Positions 36,801 through 50,350 of a DNA stretch of 64,000 bases are shown here, piece by piece (within the stretch, counting starts at the first letter, position 1; each line of letters begins with the position of its first letter). The stretch is from Mobula hypostoma (taxonomy: Eukaryota). The notes beneath the pieces were generated by a model. That model did not search any database. It saw only the letters and a program-made list of their open reading frames with translations, and was not told the DNA's origin. A program made the position numbers and the translations under genes. Location: NCBI RefSeq assembly GCF_963921235.1, contig NC_086108.1, positions 8,122,001 through 8,186,000 of the forward strand, in the 5' to 3' direction.

Positions 36801-38092
36801 ACAAGTTGGTGATAGTAAATGTGACTCTGATATGCCTGTGTCCGTATAAAGTCCTTGGAACAGACATTGGGGGGGGGGGGGATGGATAGTTACCTATATT
36901 GACTTGGTATGTCACCAAAGACTCTCACAAAGGTCTACAGATGTACTGTGGAGAGCATTCTAACTGGTTGCATCACCATCTGGTGTGGAGGGGCCAGTGC
37001 ACAGGATCGGAAAAAGCTGCAGAAAGCTGCAAACTGAGCCAGCTCCATCATGGGCACTGGCCTCCCAGCATCGAGGACATTGTCAAGAGTTAATGGGTCA
37101 AAAAGGCGGCTTCCATCATTAAAGACCCCCACAATCCAGAACATGCCCTCTTCTCATTGCCACCATCAGGAAGGAGGTACAGGAGCCTGAAGGCACATAC
37201 ACAACACTTTAGGAGCAGCTACTTCTCCACCATCAGATTCCTGAATGGACAATGAATCCATGGACACCACCTCACTTTTTTTTGCATTACTTATTTAAAT
37301 TAATTTACACATATATGTCTTATTGCAAGTTCTAGCTTTTTATGTATTACATTGTGCTGCTGCCACAAAACAATAATTTTCACGATGTAGTATATGTCAA
37401 TGATAATCAACCCGATTCTGACAAGTCCTTGTTCATGTAAAGCCCTTTGCCCAGTGCAGACAGTTGCCTGTACCATTTCCAAGGACCTCAGTGCCTGTCG
37501 GGTCAGCGTTATCAATGTTAATTGATTCCGACATGCATTCACAAGGGAATGGCTTTGAACATTTAACACCTCAAAAGCACATCTCCACTTCAACCCTCTC
37601 TCCAACAGCAGTGTCCCAGGATCAAAGGCCTTGCAAAACACAGGGATAAAATAAACAGCTCACGATTAAATTTCAATCTGCGCCCCCGGCCACAGGAGGG
37701 GCAAAAAAATATATATATATCCAAGCAGAGCGAGAAGCTTTTTATCTCCTGCTTCCGTGTAATCTAAATGTTCCTGCTGCTTGTTTAGGGGAGGTGGTGG
37801 TGGTGGTGGTGGGGGGGGGGGGGGGGCGTGGTTGGCTCCAAAAACGCAGGGGAGTGAATTAGGTCTTCGTCAGCTATCAAAGGAAATGGATCTGTTAATC
37901 TCGCCGACGAGAGACAGTCTGACCATCAGACTGGATATTCGGGGCATTTCCAACCATCAGCTTCCTGGGGGCCATCACTGATCAGGCGCTGGGTGTCTGG
38001 CAGAGACAGGCTCAGAACCGGAACCCCAAAATATACATTGACGTAATCTGCTTCTTCAGGAGTTTGAGGAGATTTGGTATGTCACCAAAGAT

Positions 38093-39345
38093 TATCTTAC
38101 TGAATTTTTTGATGAAGTTACTAGGAAAGTTGACGAGGGTAAAGCGGTGGATGTTGTCTATATGGACTTCAGTAAGGCCTTTGACAAGGTTCCACACGGA
38201 AGGTTAGTTAGGAAGGTTCGATCGTTAGGCATTAATATCAAAGTAGTAAAATGAATTCAGCAGTGACTAGATGGGAGACGCCAGAGAGTAGTTGTGGATA
38301 ACTGTGTGTCAGATTGGAGGATGGTGTGTAGCGGTGTGCCTCAGGGATCTGTACTGGGTCCAATGTTGTTTGTCATATATATTAATGATCTGGATGATGG
38401 GGTGGTAAATTGGATGAGTAAGTATGCAGATGATATTAGGAAAGGTGGAGTTGTGGATAATGAAGTAGGTTTTCAAAGCTTGCAGAGAGATTTAGGCCAG
38501 TTAGAAGAGTGGGCTGAAAGATGGCAGATGGAGTTTAATGCTGATAAGTGTGAGGTGCTACATTTTGGTAGGACTAATCAAAACAGGACATACATGGTAA
38601 ATGGTAGGGCATTGAAGAATGCAGTAGAACAGAGGGATCTAGGAATAATGGTGCATAGCTCCCTGAAGGTGGAATCTCATGTGGATAGGGTGGTGAAGAA
38701 AGCTTTTGGTATGCTGGCCTTTATTAATCAGAGCATTGAGTATAGGAATTGGGATGTAATGTTGAAATTGTATAAGGCATTGGTAAGGCCAAATTTGGAG
38801 TATTGTGTACAGTTCTGGTCACCGAATTATAGGAAAGATGTCAATAAAATTGAGAGAGTACAGAGGAGATTTACTAGAATGTTGCCTGGGTTTCATCTCC
38901 TAAGTTACAGAGAAAGGTTGAACAAGTTGGGTCTTTATTCTTTGGAGTGTAGAAGGTTGAGGGGGGACTTGATAGAGGTATTTAAAATTATGAGGGGGAT
39001 AGATAGAGTTGATGTGGATAGGTTTTTTCCATTGAGAGTGGGGGAGATTCAAATAAGAGGACATGAGTTGAGAGTTAAAGGGGAAAAGTTTAGGGGTAAC
39101 ATGAGGGGGAACTTCTTTACTCAGAGAGTGGTAGCTGTGTGGAACGAGCTTCCAGCAGAAGTGGTTGAGGCAGGTTCGATGTTGTCATTTAAAGTTAAAT
39201 TGGATAGCTATATGGACAGGAAAGGAATGGAGGGTTATGGGCTGAGTGCAGGTCGATGGGACTAGGTGAGAGTAAGAGTTCGGCACGGACTAGAAGGGCC
39301 GAGATGGCCTGTTTCCGTGTTGTAATTGTTATATGGCTATGGTTA
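38093..39345 (+). mobile_element. CR1 LINE 3' fragment, same subfamily
   Basis: ORF 38294..39265 RT C-terminal half, nearly identical peptide to the other copies; 5' truncated. Confidence 0.93.
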
Positions 39346-39484
39346 TATTACTAGCACATTGCTACCGAGGTTCTGTGGAGAGCATTCTGATTGGTTGCAT
39401 CACCATCTGGTATGGAGGGTCCAATGCTGAGGAGTGGAAAAAGCTGTAGGAAGTTGCAAACTCAGTCAGCTCCATCATGGGCAC

Positions 39485-40072
39485 TATAATATAATGTTAA
39501 GAAGTTAGCATCTCGCAGGCCTCTTGTGACCTTGGCTATTTTGTAAGGGTCATAGCGGCTAAGACTTTGAAAAAAGCATAGAAGTACAAGTGTTTCTCAC
39601 AAGGTAAGATGAGTGGGTGATACTATACTTGGTATGCGACGCTGTAACTTCAGTCCTTGTTTATGGAACAATTTGTACCATTGTTTGATTAACTGCTGTA
39701 AGAAACATAGCGCTTGCTAGATAAGCTAACGAATGCTTGTTTCAAGGGTGGGAAGCTCTGAGGGGTAAGCCTATGTCTGGCTGTTCCCAGACACAAGGGT
39801 AGTTGAGCTGTTACACGAACAATTTATGGCTGATAAGTTAAACAATACTCATCTGTACAGAAACCAAGGGGGTGAACCCACCTGTTCTATGTACATGACT
39901 GCATATGTATAAAAAGTACTGAATTTGCTTCAGAAACCAGAGACTCCCGGAGCAGCCCAAGAGGGGGATTAAGGAGGGGTCTCTCTGGTAACTTGCTAAT
40001 AAAGAGTAAAAGTTACATTCACCGTAGTACGTGGTATCTTTGCATCGGGTAGATCGAAAGAAGTTTACGACA
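39485..40072 (+). mobile_element. Solo LTR (588 bp)
   Basis: 5-bp TSD GGCAC at 39480-84 and 40073-77 splitting a Rex-type remnant; ends T(A)TAAT...TTACGACA; TATAAAAA 39908, AATAAA 39998. Confidence 0.75.
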
Positions 40073-42116
40073 GGCACTAGCCTCCCCAGCATCCAGGTCA
40101 TCTTCAAAGGCCAGTGCCTCAAAAAGGTGGCATCCATCATTAAGGACCCTCATCACCCAGGACATGCCCTCTTCTCATTACTACCATCAGGAAGGAGGTA
40201 CAGGAACCTGAAGGCACACACTCAATGATTCAGGAACAGCTTCTTCCCCTCTGCCATCAGATTTCTGAATGGACTTTGAACCCATGAACACTACCTCACT
40301 ATTTATTTCCCTCTACTTTTTACACTTTTTCTCTGCCGAAGGGAGGTGGAAGGCACTCCTTCCCTCTGCTAGCCTGCAAGTCATCCTTGGGCAAAGTGTA
40401 TCATCTGCTTAGCCCAACCCACATGATCAGGGTCATGTGAAGCCATGGTTGGAGGTGGTGGATGGTTGTATGTACGGCTGGTGTATATCACAAGTCCTGG
40501 TTATGCGACCACTGACGCCAAGCAGACAATCTCTGAAGAGTTTTGATAATGGCTGAGGTCACCCATCTTGTAAAGACATTGCCCAGAAGAAGGCAATGGC
40601 AAACCAATTCTGTAGAAAAAACACTTGCCAAGAACAATCATGGTCATGGAAAGACCATCACAAACAAGAGAAAATCTGCAGATGCTGGGAAACCCATGAT
40701 AGCCCGGGTCATATAATGATGATGACATACAGTGCCTATAAAAATACTCACCCTGCCCCCAGAAGTTTTCATGTTTTATTGTTTTACAACATTGAATCAC
40801 AGTGGATTTAATTTAGCTTTTTTGACACTGATCAACAGAAAAACACTCTCATGTCAAAGTGAAAAAAGATCTCTACAAAATAATCTAACTTTATTACAAA
40901 TATAAAACACAAAATAATTGATTGCATAATTACTCACCCCCTTCAAATCAAAACTTAGCACCTTTGGGAGCAATTACAGCCTTGAGTCTGTGTGGCTAGG
41001 TCTCGATCAGCTTTGCACATTTAACACTGCAATTTTCTCACCATTCTTTTTTACAAAACTGCTCAAGCTCTGTGTGATTGCATGGGTTTGCGAGAGAACA
41101 GCCCTTTTCAAGTCCACCCACAAAGTCTCAATTGGATTGTGGTCTGGACTCTGAGTTGGCCACCCCAGGTTATTAACATTGTTGTTCTTAAGCTATTCCT
41201 ATGTAGCTTTGGCTTTATGCTTGGGGTCATTGACTTGCTGGAAAACAAATCTTCTCGCACATCACAGTTCTCTTGCAAATTGAGTCAGGTTTTCCTCAAG
41301 CATGTCCCTATATCTTGCTGTGTTCATTTTACCCTCTACCGTAACAAACATTCCAGGGCCTGCAACAGTGAAGCATCCCCACAGCATGATGCAGCCACCA
41401 CCATGCTTCACCATAGGGATGGAGTGCTTTTGATGATGTGTGGTGTTTGATTCACAACAAACATAGCGTTTAGTCTGATGGCCAAAAAGCTCAATTTTGG
41501 TTTCATCGGACGACAGAACCTTCTTCCAGCTGACTTCAGAGTCTCCCACATGCCTTCTGATAAACTCTAGATGAGATTTCATGCGATTTTTTTTTCTCTC
41601 CATAGTTTTGGTTTCATCAGACCATAGAACCTTTTTCCATTTGGCTTCAGAGTCTCCTACGTGCCTTCTGGCAAACTCTAGCTGAGATTCTTGTGAGTTT
41701 TTTTTCAACATTAGCTTTCTCTTTGCCACTCTCCCATAAAGCTGTGACTGGTGAAGCACCCGGGCAACAGTTGTTGTTTGTGCAGTCTCTCCCATCTCAG
41801 CCACTGAAGCTTGTAACTCCTCCAAAGTTGACATAGGTCTCTTGGTTGTCTCCATCACCAGTCCACTTCTTGCACTGTCACTCAGTTTTTGAGGACGGCC
41901 TGCTCTAGGCATACTTACAGCTGTGCCATATTCTTTCCATTTCCTGATGATTGATTTAACTGTACTCCAGGGGATATTCAGTGACTTGGAAATTTTCTTG
42001 TATCCATCTCCTGACTTGTGCTTTTCAATAACCTTTTTCGCAGAGTTGCTTGGAAAGTTCTTTTGTCTTCATGGTGTAGCTTTTGCCAGGAGACTGACTC
42101 ACCAGCAGTTGGACTT

Positions 42117-45100
42117 CTTCTTCTTCTCTGTCTTGTTTTACGGCAGTTGGCACCCAGCTTAATGGTGCATTACCGCCACCTTCTGCTCCGGAGTGTGCAA
42201 TACACTTACATTCGAAATCCCTTCACCAAATCACACACACACACCCACACATACCCTAACCTACACTTTATCCTCCCATCTCTGGCCATCCTAGTACCCT
42301 ATTCCTGTTTATCCATCATATCCTATAAAAAAAACCCTGTACCCCTTAAGAAAGCTAAAAATACCCTGACCTGTGCCCAGCAACCATGCCCAGTGACCTT
42401 TTTAATGTGAATTCCTGTACCCCCAATTCCCTTAGATTGATTATCATCATCTCTCTCTGTATCCCATACTTCCTGCAACTCAGAACTACATGTTCTACTG
42501 ACTCCTCTTCCTGACATTCCTCACACAATCCTGTCTGGTGTTTCCCGATTATTTTCAATGTTTTGTTTAATGCACAGTGCCCCAGCCTTAACCTAGTCCA
42601 CACAGTTTCCTCTCTTCTGTATCCACAACCTACCCTAGTATCTGCAACACTTTTTTGTATTTGATATAAATGCCTCCCTTTCCCTTCCCTGTCCCATCTT
42701 TCTTGCCACATTTGGTTGATTTTTTCCCAGATTACGCACTTAACCTCTGCTTTACTGATACTAATGTGCATTTCTATATTTTCTTTCTTTAACGCCCTCT
42801 TTGCCAACTCATCCACCCTCTCATTCCCCTTCACCTCTACATGTGCTGGAACCCATAGAAATTTTACCCGACCTCCCTGATTTACGATTCTTGTGACTAA
42901 CTGAAGGACTTCATAAAGTACATCTTGCCGACTGTTTGTGTGAAAAGACCTTAAACTTGCTAGAACTGAGGATGAATCTGAGCATATCAACACTTTGACT
43001 TGTCTAGCTTTCTCCACCCATTGCAACGCAACCAACACTGCCAGCATCTCCACTGTATACACCCCTAACTTATTAGATGTTCTTCTGCTGATTCCAATTT
43101 CTTTTGCTGGTGTAGCCACCCCAAACCCTGTCACTCCTGTTTCAGGTTCCTTAGCACCATCCATATAAATCTGAGTATAATCACTATACTTTTCCTTCAC
43201 ATGACAGTTAAATGCACTTACCAAATCAGTTTTATAGTTTCCTTTCCTTTTTACCTCTAACAAATGCCAGTCTATGTCAGGCCACACAAGCTTCCATGGA
43301 GCTACAACCGGATAAACTACTGAAGGACTTATCCTTAGATCAAACACTCCACATTCTTTAGCAATATCAATCCCAACCCGACTAAAGTTATCTCTGAAAC
43401 CTCCCATTTTCCCAGCACTCCTGCAACACTCCTTTAGTAGGGTGAGAATCATTGTGCCCCTGCAAGTTAGCCCAGTAGTTTGCCATCAATTGCATCCTTC
43501 TTAGTTCCAAAGGCATTATTCCCACTTCTACCTGTAGGGCTGACACTGGTGATGTTTTAAAAGCCCCACTGCACACTCTCAAAGCCCGAGCCTGAATCAC
43601 ATCCAGTTTCCTTATAAGAGACCTTGCTGTTGATCCATAAACTATATTTCCATAGTCCAGCACAGACCTTACTAAAGCCACATACATTCTCTTCAACGCT
43701 GAACAACTTGCTCCCCATTCCCTACCAGTCAAACATCTCATCTCATTTATTACTTTTTTACATTTCTCCTCAACTTTCCTGATATGGTCTGCCTGTGATA
43801 ATCATGAATCAAATATAACTCTCAGAAATTTAAATGATCCAACCCTTTCTAATTCAATCCCATATATCCTTAACTTCTTCCCCACCTCAATTCTTTTCCT
43901 GGTGAAAAATACAGTTTGAGTTTTTTCTACTGAAAATCTACATCCCCAATCATAACCCCACTCCACCACTTGCTCCTTGTAGTTTCCTGATTATATGGTC
44001 CATGTTCCTGCCTCTTTTCCACAAGGCCATCCGCAAACAGTGACCTACCTATATCCACTGGTACCTTTGTGAAGACATCATTGATAATAATGATGAAAAG
44101 TAACGGGCTAATCACACTACCTTGAGGTGTGCCATTTCCCACTATGTACTGTTTTAATAATTCTGATCCAATCCGAACTTGAATTTTTCTACCAAACAAA
44201 AAATCTTTAATCCAATTAAAAACTCTCCTACTAACCCCCATCTTGTGCAGTTTAATTAACAATCCTTCCTTCCACATCGTATCATAGGCTTTTTCTATGT
44301 CAAAAAACACTGCAACTACTGATTCTATATTTGCCTGGGCCTTTCTTATTTCAGTCACTAACCTTATCACTGAGTCCATGGAATTCCTTTCCTTCCTAAA
44401 ACTACTCTGGTAACTTGCCAACATTCCTCTCTTCTCAAGCTCATACAACAACCTTTCTGTTATCATCCTTTCCATTGTCTTGCATATATTTGATATTAAT
44501 GCTATTGGTCTGTAGCTAGTGGGTTTTGACGGATCCTTGCCAGGTTTCCTTATTAGAATTACTACTGCTTCTTTCCATGCATTTGGTAATCTTCCCTCCT
44601 CCCACACTCTGTTATAAAAATGCAGCAATTTCAGGAGCGCTCCTTCTCCTAGATTTTTTAGCATAACGGAGCATATCAGATCTTTCCCTGGGGATGTTGG
44701 TCTCGATCTCTTTATTGTTCTCACCATTTCTGCCAACGTAAATGGATCATCAATTATATCATCTGTTCCTTCCCTCCTGCTTAACACACCTGGGTGTTGG
44801 CTCATTGTTCTTTCCCTTCTCCTTCTCCCTTCTTCAGACAAATTTTCTGAACTGTGTATCTGTACAAATGACTTGACCACGATCTCAGCCATATCCCTAC
44901 TGGAGACTGCTGTTTCCTCCTCCGATATCACTTCTGGATATTTCCAGTCCCTTCTATCTCCCCCCATCCTCTTAATCATTCCCCATACCTCTCACACAGG
45001 TGTTGCTTTCCTATTTTATTTCAAAAACTCCTCCAACTTGCCCTTTTAGTTTGACGTATAGTTCTTCTCACCACTGCCTGTGCTTTCTTATATTGAATCA

Positions 45101-47385
45101 AATACTGCATATTATAGGTTCTTTTAACTAGCCTGAATGCTCTATTTCTGTTTTTTACAGCCTGACAACATTCCTCTGTCCACCATGGTACCAGTTTTCT
45201 ATTCATCCTATTTTTACTCCTGGGTATAGATCCTTCTGCTGCCATGATAATTGCTGAAGTCACCTGACAGTTTAATTCATCTACATTTCCAGAAATATCA
45301 ATCTTTGTCAACCCTTCTTCACTCAACTTCTGGAACTTACCCCAATCTGCTTTTCCAAACACCCACTTTGGGATTCCACCACCTGGTTTTACTTCAACTC
45401 TTTCACCCACTGAACATAAAACTGGGGAGTGATCACTGCCTACTATTGAAACAATCCAAACTCCCCAGTTACTAACTCCAGCCAAGTTATGACACTAACG
45501 TAATATCTAATACTGACTCAGTTCCTGTTGTATCCTTGTGCCGCTACCATCATTCATACACACCAAATACCTTTCTTCTATCAAATCTTCAATTACCTTT
45601 CCATTTGAAGCTGTAATCGGATCCCCCCCCCCCATATTGTGCTGTGAGCATTGAAATCTGCACACCACACTACTTTATGTCTCTTTTGTCCTTGTATCCT
45701 TAATAGACTGTCTGAATCCAACCTTTTACATGGATTGTAGTAGTTAATTATAACCACTCCCTCTCCTCTCCCACACTTCCACCACTATGTATTCCTGATC
45801 ATCTCCTTTTTCCAGTACCCTATATGGTATACCTTGCTTGATTAACATAGTACAACCCCCTCCTCCCCCTAGATTTCTATCTTTCCTTATCATTGTATAC
45901 CCATATACCACAAAGTTTAAATTTAGTTTCAACCAAGTTTCCTGAATACACACTATATCCGGTTTTACAACAATTTCTTTAATAAAGTGCTTGAATTCCT
46001 GGCTATTGGCCAGTAAGCTCCTTGCATTCCATTGTAAAAGAATCACCATAATTAGTATCAACCAACATATGACACTTCCTGGCTTGACTGATTACTGAGG
46101 TTCTCCCTCACTTCCTCCCATGTCAGTCCTACTAACTCTAAATGGTTCACTGCTGCTTTGACCACCAGCTGAATTTTGTCACTTTTTGACTTTACCTCAG
46201 CAGTACTATTAATCACTCCTGCAATGAATGTTACTAGAGCCTTTTTTCTACATAAATCCTGTCATTTGTTCTTTGTTGCATCTCTCATATCCCTATTGCT
46301 CCCTGTTCATTAGGAGCATTATTCTGTTCTCTTGACATTTTTACAGCTTCTGCATAAGTGGTCTTTCTTTTCTCTCTTATTTCTTGAACTTTAGTCTCCC
46401 GTCTCATAACCTCACACCCACTATATGCAACATTATGAGCTCCTCCACAATTGCAGCATTTTGGTTGAACTCCTGTTCCGTACTTTCCATATTCATGATC
46501 ACCCCCACATCTAGCACATCTCCTCTGCCTTTTACAGTTTTTAGCTTGTGTCCAAACCCTTGACAATTATAGCACCTCAGTGGCTTTGGCACATACACCC
46601 TTACTGGGTAACTCATGAAACCCAGGAACACCTTCCTTGTCACTCTTTCTTCTTCAAGTTCAATCAATACTGATTCACTTTCCTTTGTCATTCCCCCCTT
46701 TGTTGTTTTCAGTCTTTGAACATTCATTACTTTTCCTCCTTTGACATTCCTCTTTAACTCCTCCATATTTATACTCATTGGTACCCCCGAGATCACTCCT
46801 TTACAACCACTATTTTGTGCTCCCACCCTCCCTGTGTATTCCACCTTGCATTTTCCTATCTCTTTTAGCTTGAGTGCTTTCTCAAGTTGTTCCTCGTTCG
46901 CACATCTCACCAATAGGTTGCCATCATCTTTTGCAAATACTATTTCCCCTATCTTATTAGCCAGAGTTGTGTTAGCACAAACGGGTTAATTTTCTTCATG
47001 CTTCCTTGAGCCTTCTCATTAAACCTAATTATGACAACACCTTCTCACTGAACTTGTTCTTCTTCCTCACTTTCAGAGCTCTCTCCACTGTATTTTCTTA
47101 TTCTTTTGTTCCCTTTGTCTCGGTTTTCATTCATCCGTCCCCTCACTATGTCCTCATTCCCTTTATTTCTCCCTTCACAATAATCCATTTCTCCTCAGCT
47201 GCCTACCTCTGATCCCAAATCCCTATCCCACTCCTTCCCCACCCTCTTTCCCTCAACCCCTCTTTCACCTTGTTCGCCATTACCGGACCCGCGCGACCCC
47301 CTCCCAGCAATTCCCGCTCCTTCCCCACTCTCTTTCCCTCAACAAGTTCCGCAACCACATTCACACCACGTTCAGCTCCCGCCAA
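42117..47385 (-). mobile_element. Near full-length I-group (Nimb-like) LINE: CCHC ORF1, APE, RT, RNase H; frameshifted
   Basis: TSD CAGTTGGACTT at 42106-42116 and 47386-47396; (GAA)n 3' tail; motifs RCYNCQGFGH, QWNARSL, CIQETWL, GSDH, PQGSVISPLLF, WVPAHVEVKGNERVDELAK. Confidence 0.9.
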
Positions 47386-47412
47386 CAGTTGGACTTTCCA
47401 GATACAGGTGAA

Positions 47413-48037
47413 TTTGGCGGGAGGAGAAGATGGCGACGCGCCTGCGTGTGTGCAGCCCTCCGGTGAAAAATGATATCGTATCTGTTAAATAGGGGCCGTG
47501 GACAATTCTGATTTGATGGAGAATGGACATGAAAGCACAGAGGAACATCTGGAGAGATTTCTGAAACGCCCGTTCGCTGCTGTCGTTACTGTGTGGTCGG
47601 GAATCTTTCAGAGGGTAGGTCTCAAAATCCCCGGCCTTGCCTGCTTTTGGCGACCAAGAAGGAGGTCGAATTGTTCAGAAAAAAATGGCACTCGGTACTC
47701 AGTGTTGGAGAGCTGATCAGAGCTCGAAGTTTTCGGATGACTCAGAGTCGGATTGTGGTCGGCATGGCAGGGAGAGTTTTTCTTCCTTCTCACGTCTGCG
47801 TGAGATGTGGGACATTTGAGAGACTTTGAACTTTACTGTGCTCATGGACTTCTTCATCAAGTTATGGTATTGTTGCACTGTTGTAACTGTATGTTATAAT
47901 TATGTGGTTTTGTCAAGTTTTTTCAGTCTTGGTCTGTCTTGTGTTTTGTGATATCACACCGGAGGAAATAATGTATCATTTCTTAATGCATGCATTACTA
48001 AATGACAATAAAAGAGGACTACATGTCTTCATAATCA
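47413..48037 (+). mobile_element. Non-autonomous SINE-like retroelement inserted in the Tc1
   Basis: 3' part (aaatgacaataaaagaggact...ataatc) shared with copy at 11805-12287; Tc1 sequence resumes after it. Confidence 0.7.
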
Positions 48038-48649
48038 TATTTTTATTACAATCAATTGAAACACCCTGACTGCACACCGTGATCTCCATTTAACTAATTA
48101 TGTGACTTCTGAAACCAATTGGCTGCACCAGTGATGATTTGGTTGTCATATTAAAGAGGGTGAATACTTATGCAATCAATTATTTTGTGTTTTACATCTA
48201 TAATTAATTTAGATCACTTTGTAGAGAACTATTTTCAATTTGACACAAAGGAGTCTTTTTTTCTGTTGATCGGTGTCAAAACAAAAGCCAAATTAAATCC
48301 AATGTGATTCAATGTTGTAAAACAATAAAACATGAAAACTTCCAAGGGGGAGAGGTGAATACTTTTTATAGCCACTGTATATACTGCCCATATGACAAAT
48401 TTCACAATATATGCCAGTGATATTAAACCTCACTCGGATTCTGAAGAGCACAATTTACTGACTCATGGACAGTGTGTGAATGGGCACAGGCCACACAGGG
48501 ACAGGGCAGGGAACTGGAGGTGGTTAGACTCTCGACTCCATAGAGCCACTGGTGGGCGGGAAGGGGAGGCAAATATGCGATTGACAGCATGCCAGTGATC
48601 AGTCTGGTCAGATCTTTCTGACAGGGAAAGTTAGCCCATTACATCGGGG

Positions 48650-48945
48650 GAGTGTGTGTATGTGTGTGTGTGTTTATATACACACACACATCAATTCATC
48701 AAGTTAGTTATCAACTTGATATAATGTTACAACGCAGTATATGTGTGCACGTTACGTGCAAGTGCGCATGTGGGTGTGTGTGGGTATGTGTGAGTGTGTG
48801 CATGTGCATCTGGCTGTGTGTGCATGTGGGTGCATGGGTGTGTGAGAGTGAGTCTGAGTGTGCGCGGGTACGTGAGTATATGTTTTTGTGTGTGGGTGTT
48901 GCTGTGTGAACACACAGACCCAAGATACAGTCAGTGTGTGTTTGC
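48650..48945. repeat. Imperfect (TG)n-rich microsatellite
   Basis: Direct inspection. Confidence 0.85.
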
Positions 48946-49034
48946 GCACAAAATCGTCAATATGACACAACGGGGTTCCCCAAACAAAGATCACAAATTT
49001 TGAGGAGACACAGATGAAAAAGAGGATCACCTAC

Positions 49035-49073
49035 CAGTCTGCTCAATCACTGCCTGAATCTGTTTGCTCGGCT
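49035..49073 (-). CDS. PLEKHG2: PLEKHG2-like exon (EPSKQIQAVIEQT)
   Basis: Acceptor tttctcattccAG, donor GTAGGT; 39 nt, phase 1-1; completes RRQSEP motif. Confidence 0.72.
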
Positions 49074-49459
49074 CTGGAATGAGAAAGAAACTTTAGTTTG
49101 GTTGTTATTGAGATATAAAGTCAGACAACACAGGAACAGACCCTTTGGCCCAACTCATCCATGGGATCCACCAAACCAGACCCATTGCCTGCATTTGGTC
49201 TAAGCAGCTCCAGAACCCTCTTATCTGTCCAAATGTATCTAAATATTATTGTACCAGCCTTTACCACTTCCTCTGGCAGCTTGCTCTACACCCTCACCAT
49301 CCTCTGTGTGAAGAAAGTTGTCCCACCGGTCTCTTTTAAGTCTTTCCCCTTGAACATCTGACTTCTAGATTTTAGATTGGTTTCACTGGGATCCAATATT
49401 GTGTGTACTCACCCTGTCTATGCAGTTATGACTTTATGCAACCTCTATGAGGTCACCCC

Positions 49460-49985
49460 TCCGACAGCGATCCCAGCAGAAAGCGGAGAGTGGGGTGGGG
49501 GGAGGTAAAGTTGTGTTTGGTGGTAGGATTCCCTTGGAGATGGCGGAAGTTGCCGAGTGTGATGTGTGGGGTGCGAGGTTGGGACAAGAGAAACTCTATC
49601 CCTGTTAAAGCAGTGGGAAGATGAGGTGAGTGCAGCTGTCCAGGAAATGGATGCAATGCGGATCAGGGCAGCATCAATGGTGGAAGGAGAGGAACCGTGT
49701 TCTCTGAAGGAGGAGGACCTCTCTGATTGTCCTGGGAAGGAAAGCCTCCTCCTGGAATCGGATGTGGTGGAGATGATGGAACTGAGAAAAGGGATTAGGA
49801 TCTTTACAGGAGACAAGGTGGGAAGAGGTCTAGCCAAGGTGGCCATGGGAATCGGTGGGTTTATCAAAGATATCGGTAGGTGGACAGTCTGTCTCCAGAG
49901 ACGGAGACAGAGAGATCGAGAAAGGGGAGAGAGGTGTCAGAAATGGACCAAGGGAGGAAGTTGGAGGCAAGGTTAGTGAAACTGA
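49460..49985 (-). mobile_element. Penelope-like RT/thumb remnant
   Basis: TDIFDKPTDSH and IPF-like segments in broken frames. Confidence 0.6.
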
Positions 49986-50248
49986 TGAGTTCAGCATGAG
50001 TGTATGAAGTTGCACCCAGAAGAAACCAACCTGTTCACGGGAGAATGTACAAACTCTTTCCAGACAATGTTGGAATTGACCTCTGAGCTCCGACACACCT
50101 AGCTGTAATAGCATCGCGCTAACCGCTACACTACCCAGGTGCTATCGTCGGGATGATATCTGACATCGATGGGAATAATGAAGACCTTCAAATAAACTCC
50201 AAGCAGACCCCAGCTGAGTTAGAAACAGCTTATGAGACTCGGACTCAC

Positions 50249-50350
50249 CAGACTGCCTTCTTCCCCGCCAGAATGGCAATGAATTCTCTGCATTTAACAG
50301 GGGAAATATCTTCTTCGATCTTTCTGGGGTGTAGCTGAACACTGGAGGTT
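50249..50350 (-). CDS. PLEKHG2: PLEKHG2-like exon (EPPVFSYTPERSKKIFPLLNAENSLPFWRGRRQS)
   Basis: Acceptor tttattgcAG, donor GTGAGT; 102 nt, phase 1-1; overlaps ORF 50142..50342. Confidence 0.8.

Larger units (their letters stand above)
40730..48377 (-). mobile_element. Degenerate Tc1 element with two nested insertions
   Basis: TA|CAGTGCCTATAAAAA at left and TTTTTATAGCCACTG|TA at right with long TIRs; transposase remnants 41262..42072 (GRPQK, WSDETK, KHGGG). Confidence 0.88.

Noticed and set aside
38294..39265. Domesticated RT gene
   Set aside because: 5'-truncated CR1 fragment nearly identical to other copies, with stops just upstream
39976..39989. Resemblance to the start of HIV TAR (GGGTCTCTCTGGT)
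   Set aside because: Short match at the 3' arm of the hairpin; no other lentiviral features; coincidence
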